Source: Pristiophorus japonicus
Lineage: Eukaryota
Length of the DNA stretch: 64,000 bases
Reading direction: 5' to 3'
Assembly: GCF_044704955.1 (NCBI RefSeq)
Contig: NC_091984.1
Location: 147,188,001 to 147,252,000 of the forward strand
Under the pieces are notes generated by a model. It was not told the DNA's origin and made no database searches. It saw only the letters and a list, made by a program, of their open reading frames with translations. Positions 39,420 through 51,146 of this stretch are shown here, one piece after another; the stretch's first letter is position 1, and every line of letters starts with the position of its first letter. The position numbers and the translations under genes were made by a program.

Positions 39420-39822
39420 AACCCCCCACTATTGAGAGGGCCACAACTTATAAAACTCAAAGCATAAACATGATAGGACAGTGAACAAGTGAAATGGTCG
39501 TGCTCTTTCCCTGCCCACCCCACACTCCAGGCCCTGCGGTGCCCACCCATCGCAGAAGGCCTCAGGCCTACCCTGGGCTCCGTCTCCAGGGCCACCCGGG
39601 TGCAGGCAAAGCCCCTGAAGTGAGGCAGGCAGGCAGTATGACCACCCCATGGGCCCCGTACAACTGGGACCTGTGGATGGTCTGCCCGCTCCCCCCGCAC
39701 CGGGTGACCAGGCCCAGGAGTGTGGGACTGAAGTGGAGCCATAAATCGAGGAGCAGCCCCTTCAAATAGTGGAAGAGGGGCTGCATCCTCTCACACTCCA
39801 CGTACACACGGGTCACGGACTG
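39420..39822 (-). mobile_element. Decayed Tx1-clade retrotransposon 3' end within V-J intervening DNA
   Basis: Minus-strand pieces VYVECERMQPLFHYLKGLLL.LWLHFSPTLL, GHPVRG, CLPHFRGFACTRVALE, WAPQGLEC; the latter two align with the fragment at 11412-11646. Confidence 0.65.
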
Positions 39823-40079
39823 AGGAAACAGGTTTCTAAAGCCCCTGAAACTCGTTATTTTATAATGATCCCCGAGGAAGGCCTGTGTCAGCAACACAAA
39901 CATCTCGCTTGCTGACGGAGCCCGTTGTTCAAGGGGCACAAAGAGGTGAGCCCTGTGTGACGGGGACTTTCATTCTCCAGCAATTCCGTGGCCCCAGGAT
40001 TACCATCTGATGGGGCGGGAAGGGCAGCTGGGAGATTTGTCCCAAACAACTCTCCCGGGCACTGCCACAGGCAACTCGG

Positions 40080-40420
40080 ACAGAGAGAGAGAGGGAGGGA
40101 GAGAGTGAGAGAGGAAGAGAGCGTGATTGTAGTGGGAGAGAGATTGAGTGAGTGAGGGAAGGAGTGGGAGAGAGTGCAAGGGAGAGGAAGCAACAGAGAA
40201 GGAGGGAGGGAGGGAGAGGGAGGGACAGAGAGGCAGGGAGGAAGAGGGAGTGAGGGGGATCGAGAGAGTGTGAGGGAGGGAGGGAGAAACAGAGTCAGCG
40301 AGACTGGAGAGAGAGAGTGTGAGAAACAGTGAGTGAAACACTGAGAAAGAGACACAGAGGGGGAGACACAGACACACAGACAGAGAAAGGGGGAGAGAGA
40401 CTGAGTGAGCCAGGGACGGA
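40080..40420. repeat. GA-rich polypurine low-complexity tract
   Basis: About 340 bp dominated by GAGA/GGGA on the + strand, abutting the J nonamer. Confidence 0.85.
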
Positions 40421-40459
40421 GGATATTGTACAGCCGCTGCACTGGAAGCTGTCACTGTG
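40421..40459 (-). other. J recombination signal sequence, 23-bp spacer
   Basis: GGATATTGT (40421-40429; consensus GGTTTTTGT) + 23 bp + CACTGTG (40453-40459). Confidence 0.9.
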
Positions 40460-40494
40460 GCTCACGTTCGGTAAAGGAACCAAGCTCAGACTGA
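40460..40494 (+). CDS. IGKJ: Ig light chain J segment (LTFGKGTKLRL)
   Basis: FGxGT motif, upstream 23-RSS, phase-1 donor A|GTAAGT at 40495. Confidence 0.95.
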
Positions 40495-40604
40495 GTAAGT
40501 AAACCCCAATGCTCCGTTATTAACACTTTAAATATTGAATCTTTCAAAGACACAAATGCTGAATCGGGTAATATTTCAGTTTACACAGGATTACTTATTA
40601 TTTG

Positions 40605-43600
40605 GCCCAGAAACAGGCCATTCGGCCCAACCAGTCCATGCCGGTGTTTATGCTCCATTCGAGCCTCCCGTCTTTCCTCATCTAAATCGAACAGCATAAC
40701 ACCCTACTCCCTTCTCCCTCATATCCCTGTCTAGCCTCCCCTTAAATGCATCGATACTATTCACTTCAATCACTCCCTGTGGTAGCGAGTTCCACATTCT
40801 CACCAGTCGCTGGGTAAAGAATTTTCTCCTGAATTCCCGATTGGATTTCTTGCTGACTATCTTATGTTGAAGGTCTCTAGTTTTGATCTTCCCAACAAGT
40901 GGAAACAGTCTCTCTGTATCCACTCTATCAAAACCTTTCCTCATGTTAAAGAACTCTATCAGGTCACCCCTCAGCCTCAAGAGAAAAGAGCCCCAGCCTG
41001 TTCATCCTTTCCTGATATGTACACCCTCGCATTTCTGATCCCATCCTTCTAAACCTTCTCTGCACCCTCTCCAGTGCCTGTGTATGGGTTATATAAAATG
41101 GTGGGGAGCTGCGGTGAATGAAAGGGTTAATTGAAGAGTGCTGTGTATGACAGGGAGCCCGGCTGTATTCCTTTACCCACACTCCCCCTTCACCCAGCAA
41201 AGTATAATAACGAACTGTTACCCACCGTGTGGAGGAGATCTGGATGTTGGCACACTGCGGTCCCATCCCTGCACCATCCCCGGAAATCGCTCCCGAGCCT
41301 CCTGCCTGTCTCAGTGTGACAGACACGGTGTGTGAGACACGGGCAGAGTGTGGGTGTGAGTGAGTGAGCTCGCTGGGGGCAGTCTGTGCTCCTGTCACAG
41401 TCTCTGATATAACTGAGCTCAGCCTCAGCACACTGACACTCCCGAGGTCCCGCCTCCCCCAGCTCCAACTCTGATCTGTCCAGCCCCCGCTCACCTCCTG
41501 TCCAACTTCTGATCACAAACAGGGGCAGCAGGGCTCGCAATCCGGCGGCTGCAGTGCTCCAGGGTTGTGGGGAGACTCTCAGTTGCTGTTTCTGTGGCTC
41601 GAGTTCAGGCCGATATTTATCCAGCAACCTACATCGCTTAAAAATCTCAATTACCTCATTGCTGTGTGTGGGAGCTTGCTGTGCACAAATTAGTTGCTGT
41701 ATTTCCCACATTACAACAGTGACTGCACTTCAAAATGTACTTCATTGTCTGTGAAGCACTTTGGGACATCCTGTGGTGTGAAAGGCGCTATAGAAATGCA
41801 GGTCTTTAATTTTTCTTTTTATTAACTGGGACTCGCACAATTCCCCTGCTGATTACACCTGGACCCAGTAGAAAATCCCCAGAACACAGACTAATGTTCC
41901 ATAAGAACATGGGAATTAGGAGCAGGAGGAGGCCATTCAGCCTCTCAAGCCTGCTCTGCCATTCAATGAGATCATGGCTGATCTTCTACCTTAACTCCAC
42001 TTTCCTGCACTGTCCCCATATCCCTCGATTCCTTTAATATCCAAAAATCTATCGATCTCCGGAATATACTCAAGGACTGAGCCTCCACAGCTCTCTGGGG
42101 TAGAGAATTCCAGAGATTCACCACTCTCTGAGTGAAGAGGTTTCTCCTCATCTCAGTCCTGAATGGCCGACCACATATTCTAGCCTGTGACCCCTGGTTC
42201 TTGACTCCCCAGACAGAGGAAACATCCTCCCTGCATCTACCCTGTCTATCTCTGTCTAAATCTTGTATGTTTCAATGAGATCCCCTTTCATTCTTCTAAA
42301 CACCAGAGAATTTAGGTCTAGTCTACTCAATCTCTCCATAGGACAATCCCCCATCCCAGATGTCCGTCTGATGTGTCTGCGTGTTTGTCACACGTGACGG
42401 AGTAGACAGCAGGAGTTCCACCAGCAACACAGGACGTTACCTCAGTGCCCGGCCCACTTTCCCCATCCACTTACCATATTCTTACAGGTAAACGGGCTCA
42501 GCACCTGCCCTCGGCCGGTGAAATGTCTCCCCTCTGCACCACAGGCTGCCCGTCATCTGCTCCCCATCTTACTCCTGAAGGCACTACCTCTGGCTGGGGC
42601 CAGAGACTGAGCTCCCCAAGTGGGCTCATTGTCCCAGTGTGAGCCCAGAGACTGAGCTCCCCAAGTAGGTTCACTGTCCCAGTGTGAGTCCAGAGACTGA
42701 GCTCCGCAACTAGGCTCACTGTCCCAGTGTGAGCCCAGAGACTGAGCTCCCCAAGTGGGCTCACTGTCCCAGTGTGAGCCCAGAGACTGAGCTCCCCAAG
42801 TGGGCTCATTGTCCCAGTGTGAGCCCAGAGATTGAGCGTATCAGACTAATCGACCGTGAGGTGTGAGCCGTGCCTCAATCACAAGCATGCTCGGCTCTGA
42901 GAAAAGAAAGAAAGAATTCTATTTATATAGCGCCTTTCACGACCACCAGACATCCCAATGTGCTTTACAGCCAATGAAGTCCTTTTTGAAGTGTACTCAT
43001 CGTTGTAATGTAGGAAATGCAGCAGTAAATTTGTGCACAGCACGCTCCCACAAACAGCAATGTGCTGATGACCAAATATCCTGTTTTTGTTTTGTTGATT
43101 GTGGGATAAATATTGGCCAGGACACTGAAGTGGGATTTTTACCCACAATTTCTGACTCCGAAGCGAGGGTGCTACCAACTGAGCCACTTGCTGACACCAT
43201 TCGGCCCATCGTGTCCGTGACAGCCAACAAAGACCTACCCAGCCTAATCCCATTTTCCAGCTATTGGTCCATATTCCTGTGGGTTACGGCACTTGAAGTG
43301 CACATCCAAGTACTTCTTCAATGTGGTGAGGGTTTCTGCCTCGACCTCCCTTTCAGGCAGTGAGTTCCAGACCCCCACCACCCTCTGGGGGAAAATATTT
43401 CTCCACAACTTCCCTCTACCCACACCTTCAATCTATATCACCTGGTTGTTGACCTCTCTCTTAAGGGAAATAGGTCCATCCTAACCACTCTATCTAGGCC
43501 CCTCATAATGTTATACACCTCAATTAAATCTCCCCTCAGCCTCCTCTGCTCCAAACAAAATAACCTCAGCCTATCCAATCTTTCCTGAATCCTCCCAGCA

Positions 43601-46600
43601 GAGGAAATAGTTTTTCTTTCTCTTTTCTTCGGCATTCCCCGAGAGTCGAGGATGATGTGCTTCCACACTGATATGTGTTCTAAGGTGATTGATGAGACCA
43701 ATGCGGGATCTACAATCTCTGTCACAGGTGGGGCAGATGATGGTTGGAGGGACGGTTGGATGGGGTGCTTGATTTATCGTACTCTCCTTCTGCTGATGTG
43801 AGAGGTGTTGCTACAGTTGTACAGGGCCTTGGTGAGGCCACACCTGGAGTATTGTGCACAGTTTTGGTCTCCTAACTTGAGGAAGGACATTCTTGCTATT
43901 GAGGGAGTGCAGCGAAGATTCACCAGACTGATTCCTGGGATGGCGGGACTGACATATCAAGAAAGACTGGATCAACTGGGCTTGTATTCACTGGAGTTCA
44001 GAAGAATGAGAGGGGATCTAATGGAAACGTTTAAAATTTTGACGGGTTTAGACAGGTTAGATGCAGGAAGAATGTTCCCAATGTTGGGGAAGTCCAGAAC
44101 CAGGGGTCACAGTCTAAGGATAAGGGGTAAGCCATTTAGGACCGAGATGAGAAGAAACTTCTTCACCCAGAGAGTGGTGAACCTGTGGAATTCTCTACCA
44201 CAGAAAGTTGTTGAGGCCAATTCACTAAATATATTCAAAAAGGAATTAGATGTAGTCCTTACTACTAGGGGGATCAAGGGGTATGGCGAGAAAGCAGGAA
44301 TGGGGTACTGAAGTTGCATGTTCAGCCATGAACTCATTGAATGGCGGTGCAGGCTAGAAGGGCCGAATGGCCTAGTCCTGCACCTATTTTCTATGTTTCT
44401 ATGTTTCCTCATAGCTAAAAATTTCCAGTCCTGGTAACATTCTTGGAAATTTCCTCTGTATCCTCTGTGGTGCAATCACACATTTCCTGCAATGTGGTGA
44501 CCAGAACTGCACACAGTACTCTACCTATGGTCTAAATAGTGTTTTATACAAATATAGCATAACTTCCCTGCTCTTGTATTCTATGCCACGACTAATAAAG
44601 TCAAGTATTCCGTATGTCTTCTTAACCATCTTATCGACCTGGCCTGCTACCTTCAGGGATCTGTGCACATGCACTCCAAGGTCCATTTGCTCCTCTACAC
44701 TTCTCAGTGTCCTACCATTTAATGTTTATTCCCTTGCCTTGTTAGCCCTCCCCAAATGCATTACCTCACAGTTCTCCGGATTGAATTCCATTTGCCACTG
44801 TTCTGCCCACCTGACCAGTCCATTGATATCTTCCTGCTGTCTCCAGCTTTCTTCCTCGCTATCAACTGCACGGCCAGTTTATGTATCATCTGCAAACTTC
44901 TTAATCATAGAAAAATAGAAAAATAGAAGCATAGAAAATAGGTGCAGGAGTAGGCCGTTCGGCCCTTCGAGCCTGCACCACCATTCAATATGATCATGGC
45001 TGATCATTCCCTCAGTATCTCTTTCCTGCTTTCTCTCCATACCCCTTGTATCATTGATGTACATTGTAAAGAGCTGGGGTCCCAGCACTGAGCCCTGCGG
45101 CACTCCACTAGTCACTGCCTGCCATTCTGAAAAGGACCCATTTATCCCAATTCTCTGCTTCCTGTCTGCCAACCAGTTCTCTATCCACATCAGTATATTA
45201 CCCTCAATACCATGTGCTTTGATTTGCACACCAGTCTCATGTGTGGGACCTTGTAGGGAATCATGTCCCTTACATTGAAGTAGAAACATAAAATCATAGA
45301 AAATAGGTGCAGGAGTATGCCATTCTGCCCGTCGAGCCTGCAACACTATTTAATATGATCATGGCTGATCATGCACTTCATTACCCCATTCCTGCTTTCT
45401 CTCCATACCCCTTGATCCCTTTAGCCGTAAGGGCCACATCAAACTCCTTTTTGCATATATCTAACAAATTGGCCTCAACAATTTTCTGTGGTAGAGAATT
45501 CCACATGCTCAGAACTCTCGGAGTGAAGAAGTTGCTCCTCATCTCGGTCTTAAATGGCTTACCCCTTATCCTTCGACTTGACCCCAGGTTCTGGACTTCC
45601 CCAACATCGGGAATATTCTTCCTGCATCAAATCTGTCCAATCCCGTCTGAATTTTATATGTTTCTATGAGATCCTCTCTCATTCTTCTAAATTCCATTGA
45701 ATATAAGCCTGAATCATTGGTGTATATTACAAAGAACAAGGGACTTAGTACTGAGCCCTGTGGCACCCCACTCGAAACAGCCTTCCAGTCACAAAAACAC
45801 CTATTGACCATTACCCTTTGCTTCCTGCCACTGAGCCAATTTTGGATCCAACTTGCCACTTTCCCTTGGATCCCATGGGCTTTTACTTTTCTGCCATATG
45901 GGACCTTGCCAAAAGCCTTGCAAAAATCCATGTAGACTACAGCATGTGGAATTCTCTACCACAGAAAATTGTTGAGGCCAATTTGTTCTCCAATAGGCCC
46001 AACTCTTTTCTTAGTTATCCTCTTGCTCTTTATGTATTTATAAAACATCTTTGGGTTTTCCTTGATTTTACTTGCCAATATTTTTTCATGCCTTCTCTTT
46101 GCACACCTAATTTCCTTTTTAATTTCACCCCTGCACTTTCTATACACCTCTGGGCTTTCTGCAGTATTTAGCTCTGGGTATCTGACATAAGCTTTCCTTT
46201 TTTGCCTTATCCAATCCCTCTATGATCTTTGCCATCCAGGGGGCTCTTGACTTGGGAGTGCCACCCTTTTCCTTTGTGGAACATACTTGCTCTGAACCCT
46301 CACTATCTCCCCCTTGAATGCCTCCCACTGCTCTGACACTGATTTACCTTCAAGTAGTTATTTCCAGCCCACTTTTGCTCAGCTTAGTAAAATGGGCCTT
46401 TCCCCAATTGAGAACCTTTATTCCTGGTCTATCTTTGTCCTTTTCCATAACTACACTAAATCTAACTGAATTATGATCACTAGCACCAAAATGCTCTCCC
46501 ACTGATACCCCTTCCACCTGCCCAGCTTCATTCCTTAAAACTAAGTCCAGAAACGCCCCCTCCCTTGTTGGGCTTGCTACGTAGTGGCTATAAAAGTTCT

Positions 46601-47520
46601 CCTGAATGCCTTTTAAGAATTCTGCGCCCTCTATACCTTTGACATTGATTCCATCCCAGTTAATGTGAGCGGAGTTGAAATCCCCGACTATTGCTGCATG
46701 ATTGTTTTTGCACTTCTCAGCAATTTGCCGACATATTTTCTCTTCAATCTCCCTCTGACTGTTTAGGGGTCTAAAGTACATTCTCAGCAGTGTGACCGGC
46801 CCTTTTATATTCATCAGTTTAACCCATATGGCCTCATTTGATGATCCTTCTAACATACCATCCTTCTGTCAGAGGTGCCGTCTTTCAGATGAGACGTTAA
46901 ACCGAAGTCCCGTCTGCCTTCTCAGGTGGACATGAAAGATCTCATAATCACTATTGGAAGGGCAAGGGGGTTCTTCACAGCGCTCTGGCCAATATTTATC
47001 CCACAACCAACATAGTTAAAACCGATGATCTGGTCATGATCTCATTGCAGTCTGGGAGCTTCATAGAATCAGCGAAATTTACAGCATGAAAAAAGGCCAT
47101 TCGGCCCATCGTGTCCGCACCGACCGACAAAGATCTACAAGTACTTTTTAAATGTGGTGAGGGTTTCTGCCTCGACCACCCTTTCAGGCAGTGAGTTCCA
47201 GATCCCTGTCAGACATTTCCCCTCAAATCCCCTCTAAAGCTCCTACCAATTACTTTAGATCTATGTCCTGGTTGTTGATCACTCTGCTAAGGGAAATAGG
47301 TCCATCCTATCCACTCTATCTAGGCCACTCTTAATTTTATACACATCAATAAGGTCTCCCCTCAGCCTCCTCTATTCCAAAGAAAACAAACCTAGCCTAT
47401 CTAATCTTTCCTCATAGCTAAAATTTTCCAGTCCAGGCAACATCCTCGTAAATCTTCCTGTGTGCAATTGGTTGTAAAGCACCTTTAGACATCCTGAGGT
47501 TGTGAAAGGTGCTATATAAA
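40605..47520. mobile_element. J-C intron filled with CR1 fragments and DeuSINE-like pieces
   Basis: CR1 ends at 40605-41080(-), 41900-42360(-), 43800-44407(+), 44410-46860 (mostly -); SINE pieces 41600-41810, 42905-43200(-), 46865-47060. Confidence 0.8.
42601..42838. repeat. Tandem repeat, 45-bp unit, 5 full copies plus a partial
   Basis: CAGAGACTGAGCTCCCCAAGTGGGCTCA(T/C)TGTCCCAGTGTGAGCC starting 42601, 42646, 42691, 42736, 42781, 42826. Confidence 0.95.
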
Positions 47521-47937
47521 TTCAAGGCTTTCTTTCATTGAAGTGGGAGGGCCTTGATCTTGACCCTCGCCCATTGTCCGCGCACTCTGACCTTCCAGAA
47601 GGTCACAGGATCATTGGGAGCAGTGACCCTGCCTGACCCCGGTACACTGAGACTACTTGTAGCCTCACCCTTGACCTCACCCCGGTGCTGGGCAGCAAGC
47701 TTTTAAATGCAATCTAGAAGCTTCTACACCGACACCCAACATGAAGCCTTGCTGAAGTGTGTTTATACAAGTGAGCCGCAATGTTCCCAGATAAAGTTCT
47801 CCCGATCTGTGTGTGATCTGAGCTTTCTCACATATGAGCCTGTTTCCCCTGTATCCACCCATCGACAGTTCGAGCTTCCTGCTAACAGCGTCTTAACGGG
47901 ACACTCAATCTTTACCGACTCTTACTGTTAACCATTT

Positions 47938-48285
47938 CAGTGCTGAGGGAGTGCCGCACTGTCGGAGGTGTCGTCTTTCAGATGAAACGTTAAACCGAGG
48001 CCCCGTCTGCCCTCTCAGCTGGATGTAAAAGATCATTATTTCAAAGAGCAGGGGAGTTCTCCCCGTGTCCTAGTCAATATTTATCCCTCAACCAACATGA
48101 CAAAAGAACAGATTATCAGGTTGTTATCACATCGCTGTTTGTGGGAGCTTGCTGTGTGAAGATTGGCTGCCGTGTTTCCCACATTACAACAGTGACGACA
48201 CTCCAAAAGTACTTCATTGGCTGTAAAGTGCTTTGAGATGTCCGGTGGTTGTGAAAGGTGTAATATAAATGCAAGATTTTTTATT
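47938..48285 (+). mobile_element. DeuSINE (SacSINE1/AmnSINE1-like) core and 3' tail
   Basis: CTGAGGGAGTGCCGCACTGTCGGAGGTGTCGTCTTTCAGATGAAACGTTAAACCGAGG core and ...ATATAAATGCAAG tail; family name from recalled consensus. Confidence 0.7.
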
Positions 48286-48518
48286 AATCACTTTAATATC
48301 GAACGCATTTATATTTACATTAAACTTATCAAGCGAGGCAAATAAGATTCAGAATTAGTGTTGCTCGCCTCTAATGGTTAATCGCCAGCCAGGAGTTCAT
48401 TAACCCAGCTCTCCGTTATCAGATGTGAATTATTCCCACACGGAAACACCCACAGTGACACACACAGACACACACACACTAATATACACCGATTAAACAT
48501 CCTTCTCCTCTATTTCAG

Positions 48519-48847
48519 GCCGAGGGAAGACACCACCCACGCTGACCCTGCTGCCCCCCTCCCCGGAGGAGGTCACGACCAAGGGCACTGCCACCCTGGT
48601 GTGCCTCGCCGATCACTTCTACCCCGATGCGGTGGAGGTGGAGTGGAAGAAGGACGGGGCGACCATTTCGGCCGGGGTCCAGACCAGCGACTACCTGCGA
48701 GCTTCGGACAACACCTACAGTGTCAGCAGCCTGCTGACCCTCTCTGGCTCCGACTGGGAGTCCAACGCCAGCTTCTCCTGCAGCCTCACCCACGAGAGCC
48801 TCTCCTCTCCCCTCAGCAAGGGGGTCAGGAGAGCAGAATGTGCGTAG
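48519..48847 (+). CDS. IGKC: Ig light chain constant exon (C1-set domain)
   Basis: Acceptor TTTCAG ends 48518; J-derived A + GC = Ser, then RGKTPPTLTLLPPSPEEVTTKGTATLVCLADHFYPDAVEVEWKKDG..TYSVSSLLTLSGSDWESNASFSCSLTHESLSSPLSKGVRRAECA*; penultimate Cys for the H-L bond. Confidence 0.96.
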
Positions 48848-49275
48848 TGTGTCAGAGACAGTCCGGGGGAGACACAACTTTAAATAGAACAGGGGGTGAG
48901 CCGGGAGGGCAAAGGTCATTGTCAGCACTGCATTTCTCCTTTCTTCCTTCTCGGGACTGGGTCAGGGAAAGCACCTGAGGGTCAGGGGGTAAGGCACGTT
49001 ATTGGGGCAGTGTCGAGGGAGCTTTACTCTGTATCTAACCCGTGCTGTACCTGCCCTGGGAGGGTTTGATGGAACAGTGTTGACTCGTGCTGCCAAGTAA
49101 AACCTCTTGAAGATGCTGAAGACTGTCAGCAGAGTAAAACTAATGTTAAACTGCGAAGTGCCGCTTCAGTAAGCAGACCCCCTCCCTGCTCACCCTGCTG
49201 TTACAAATCAAGGTTTTGTCTCCGTTTAAAGGGACAGGATTCTCATGGTGTGGAGAAAATCCCCACAACTGTTTT

Positions 49276-49369
49276 AATAAAGCTGCATTCTCCCTGTGAA
49301 TGTCTCCAGCTCGCTCTCTCTGGGCTGTTTATTCAAGTCTTGTTTCTGTAAATGTGAATCTGTAATAAA
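49276..49369 (+). terminator. Candidate polyadenylation signals of the light-chain transcript
   Basis: AATAAA at 49276-49281 and 49364-49369, each followed by GT-rich sequence. Confidence 0.6.
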
Positions 49370-51146
49370 CGTGAAGAATATTCAGTCTGTGTCTGACGAC
49401 TGCTTTGGAAATGTCCCACCTCCCCCTCAGCTGGATTGGCTACATTTCAGTAAGGGTCTGTCCTGATTGGCTGGGTCGGCTGTCAATCAATTGCATGTCA
49501 GCAGGAGATTTGATTCAAAGCCAATTATCAATCATTTTAAAACGATCAATTTGACCTCGAACCCCTGGAGTGCACAAGATTAAACACAGAGACACTAAAA
49601 GCTGCTGGGATTAAACCCTCCCAGTCTGAGCATTGGCCCTCACTCTGCACACTGGGGGTGTTGGGACAGCCCCCGATGGTGGGATCGCACTGTGCACTCT
49701 GTGCTGACTGCTGGGGGCAATCTGGGGGCAGGAGGCCACAGTCACAACGTTGCATTCTCTCTCCTTAACGTGTGGCTCGTGGCAGCAGCACAAAACTGTC
49801 CCGAGTGAGGCCTCAGCTTAGGGAGAGGAGCAGTCAGTGTATCACCGTGCACATGCCCCTGAGTGTTAGTGTGGCTTACCCAACACCACCTGTAGGTGTG
49901 TGTGTGTGTGTATGACTGTTCCCCAGTACTGTCTGTCGGGGTGTGTGTGTGTGTGTGTGACTGTTACCATTACCCAGCACCATCTGTCGGGTGTGTGTGT
50001 GAGCTCCAGCTCCTGGGGGGGTGGGGGAGGGTTGGTAGGGGAGTGGGGGGATGCGGTGATCGGGGCCTGACCTTGTGTGGAACGGGGGGGTCCAACGCAA
50101 TCTGGTGGAGGGTTCCCTGGAAGGACAGGGCATCCGGGGAGACCAGGGTGGGGGAGGACTGGGGGGGTGGTGGTGGTCAGGGAGGGGGCTCCGGGACCAA
50201 GGGACCTGCCAGTCGCCACTTTGCACACACTCTGCTCCCTCTGTGTCTCAGTCCAGTGTTGCAGTGGGCAGTTCAGGATCTGAGGCTCAGGCTGGTTCTC
50301 CGGCACCATCAGCGCCCTGTTGGGTAAGGGTATTAAGAGTGAAGAACATAAGAAATAGGAGCAGGAGTCGGGCACTTGGCCCCTCGAGCCTGCTCCGCCA
50401 TTTAATAAGATCATGGCTGATCTGATCATGGACTCAGCTCCACTTCCCTGCCCACTCCCCATAAAACTTTATTCCCTTATTGCTCAAAAATCTATCTCGA
50501 CCTTAAACATATTCAATGACCCAGCCTCCACAGCTCTCTGCGGCAGAGAATTCCACAGATTTACAAGCCTCTGAGAGAAGAAATTCCTCCTCAACTGAAT
50601 TTTAAATGGACGGCCCCTTATTCTGAGACTATGACCCCTAGTACTAGTTTCCCTTCTGAGTGGAAATATCCTCAGTGCATCCACCTTGTCGCCCCTTCAT
50701 TATCTGATATATTTCGATAAAATCATCTCTCGTTCTTCTGAACTCCAATGATTATAGGCCTAACCTACTCAACCTATCCTCATAAGTCAACCCCCTCATC
50801 TCCAGAATCAACCTAGTGAATGTTCTCTGAACTGCCTCCAATGCAGGTCTATCCTTTCTTAAGTATGGTGACCAAAACTGCATGCAGTACTCCAGGTGTG
50901 GCCTCACCAATACCCTGTACAGTTGCAGCAGGATTTCTCTGCTTTTATACTCTATCCCCCTTGCAATAAAGGCCAACATTCCATTTGCCTTCCTGATTAT
51001 TGCTTTACCCACAGACTAACTTTTTGTGTTTCATGCACAAGGTCCCTCAGTACTGCAGCAGGTTGCAATCTTTCTCCATTTGAAAATGAATTTGCTTTTC
51101 TATTCTTTCTGCCAAAGTGGAAAACCTCACATTTTCCCACATTATA

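Noticed and set aside
39888-40483. Ser/Leu/Pro-rich minus-strand ORFs over the J region
   Set aside because: Translation of the GA/CT low-complexity tract.
38794-40494. Germline-joined VJ, or additional V/J segments
   Set aside because: V and J are separate with RSSs; I found no other YYC+RSS or FGxG+RSS segment in the window.
49008-49080. Short CAGTGT-bounded unit in the C 3' UTR as a regulatory element
   Set aside because: Looks like a single copy of a common shark tandem-repeat unit; no specific function supportable.
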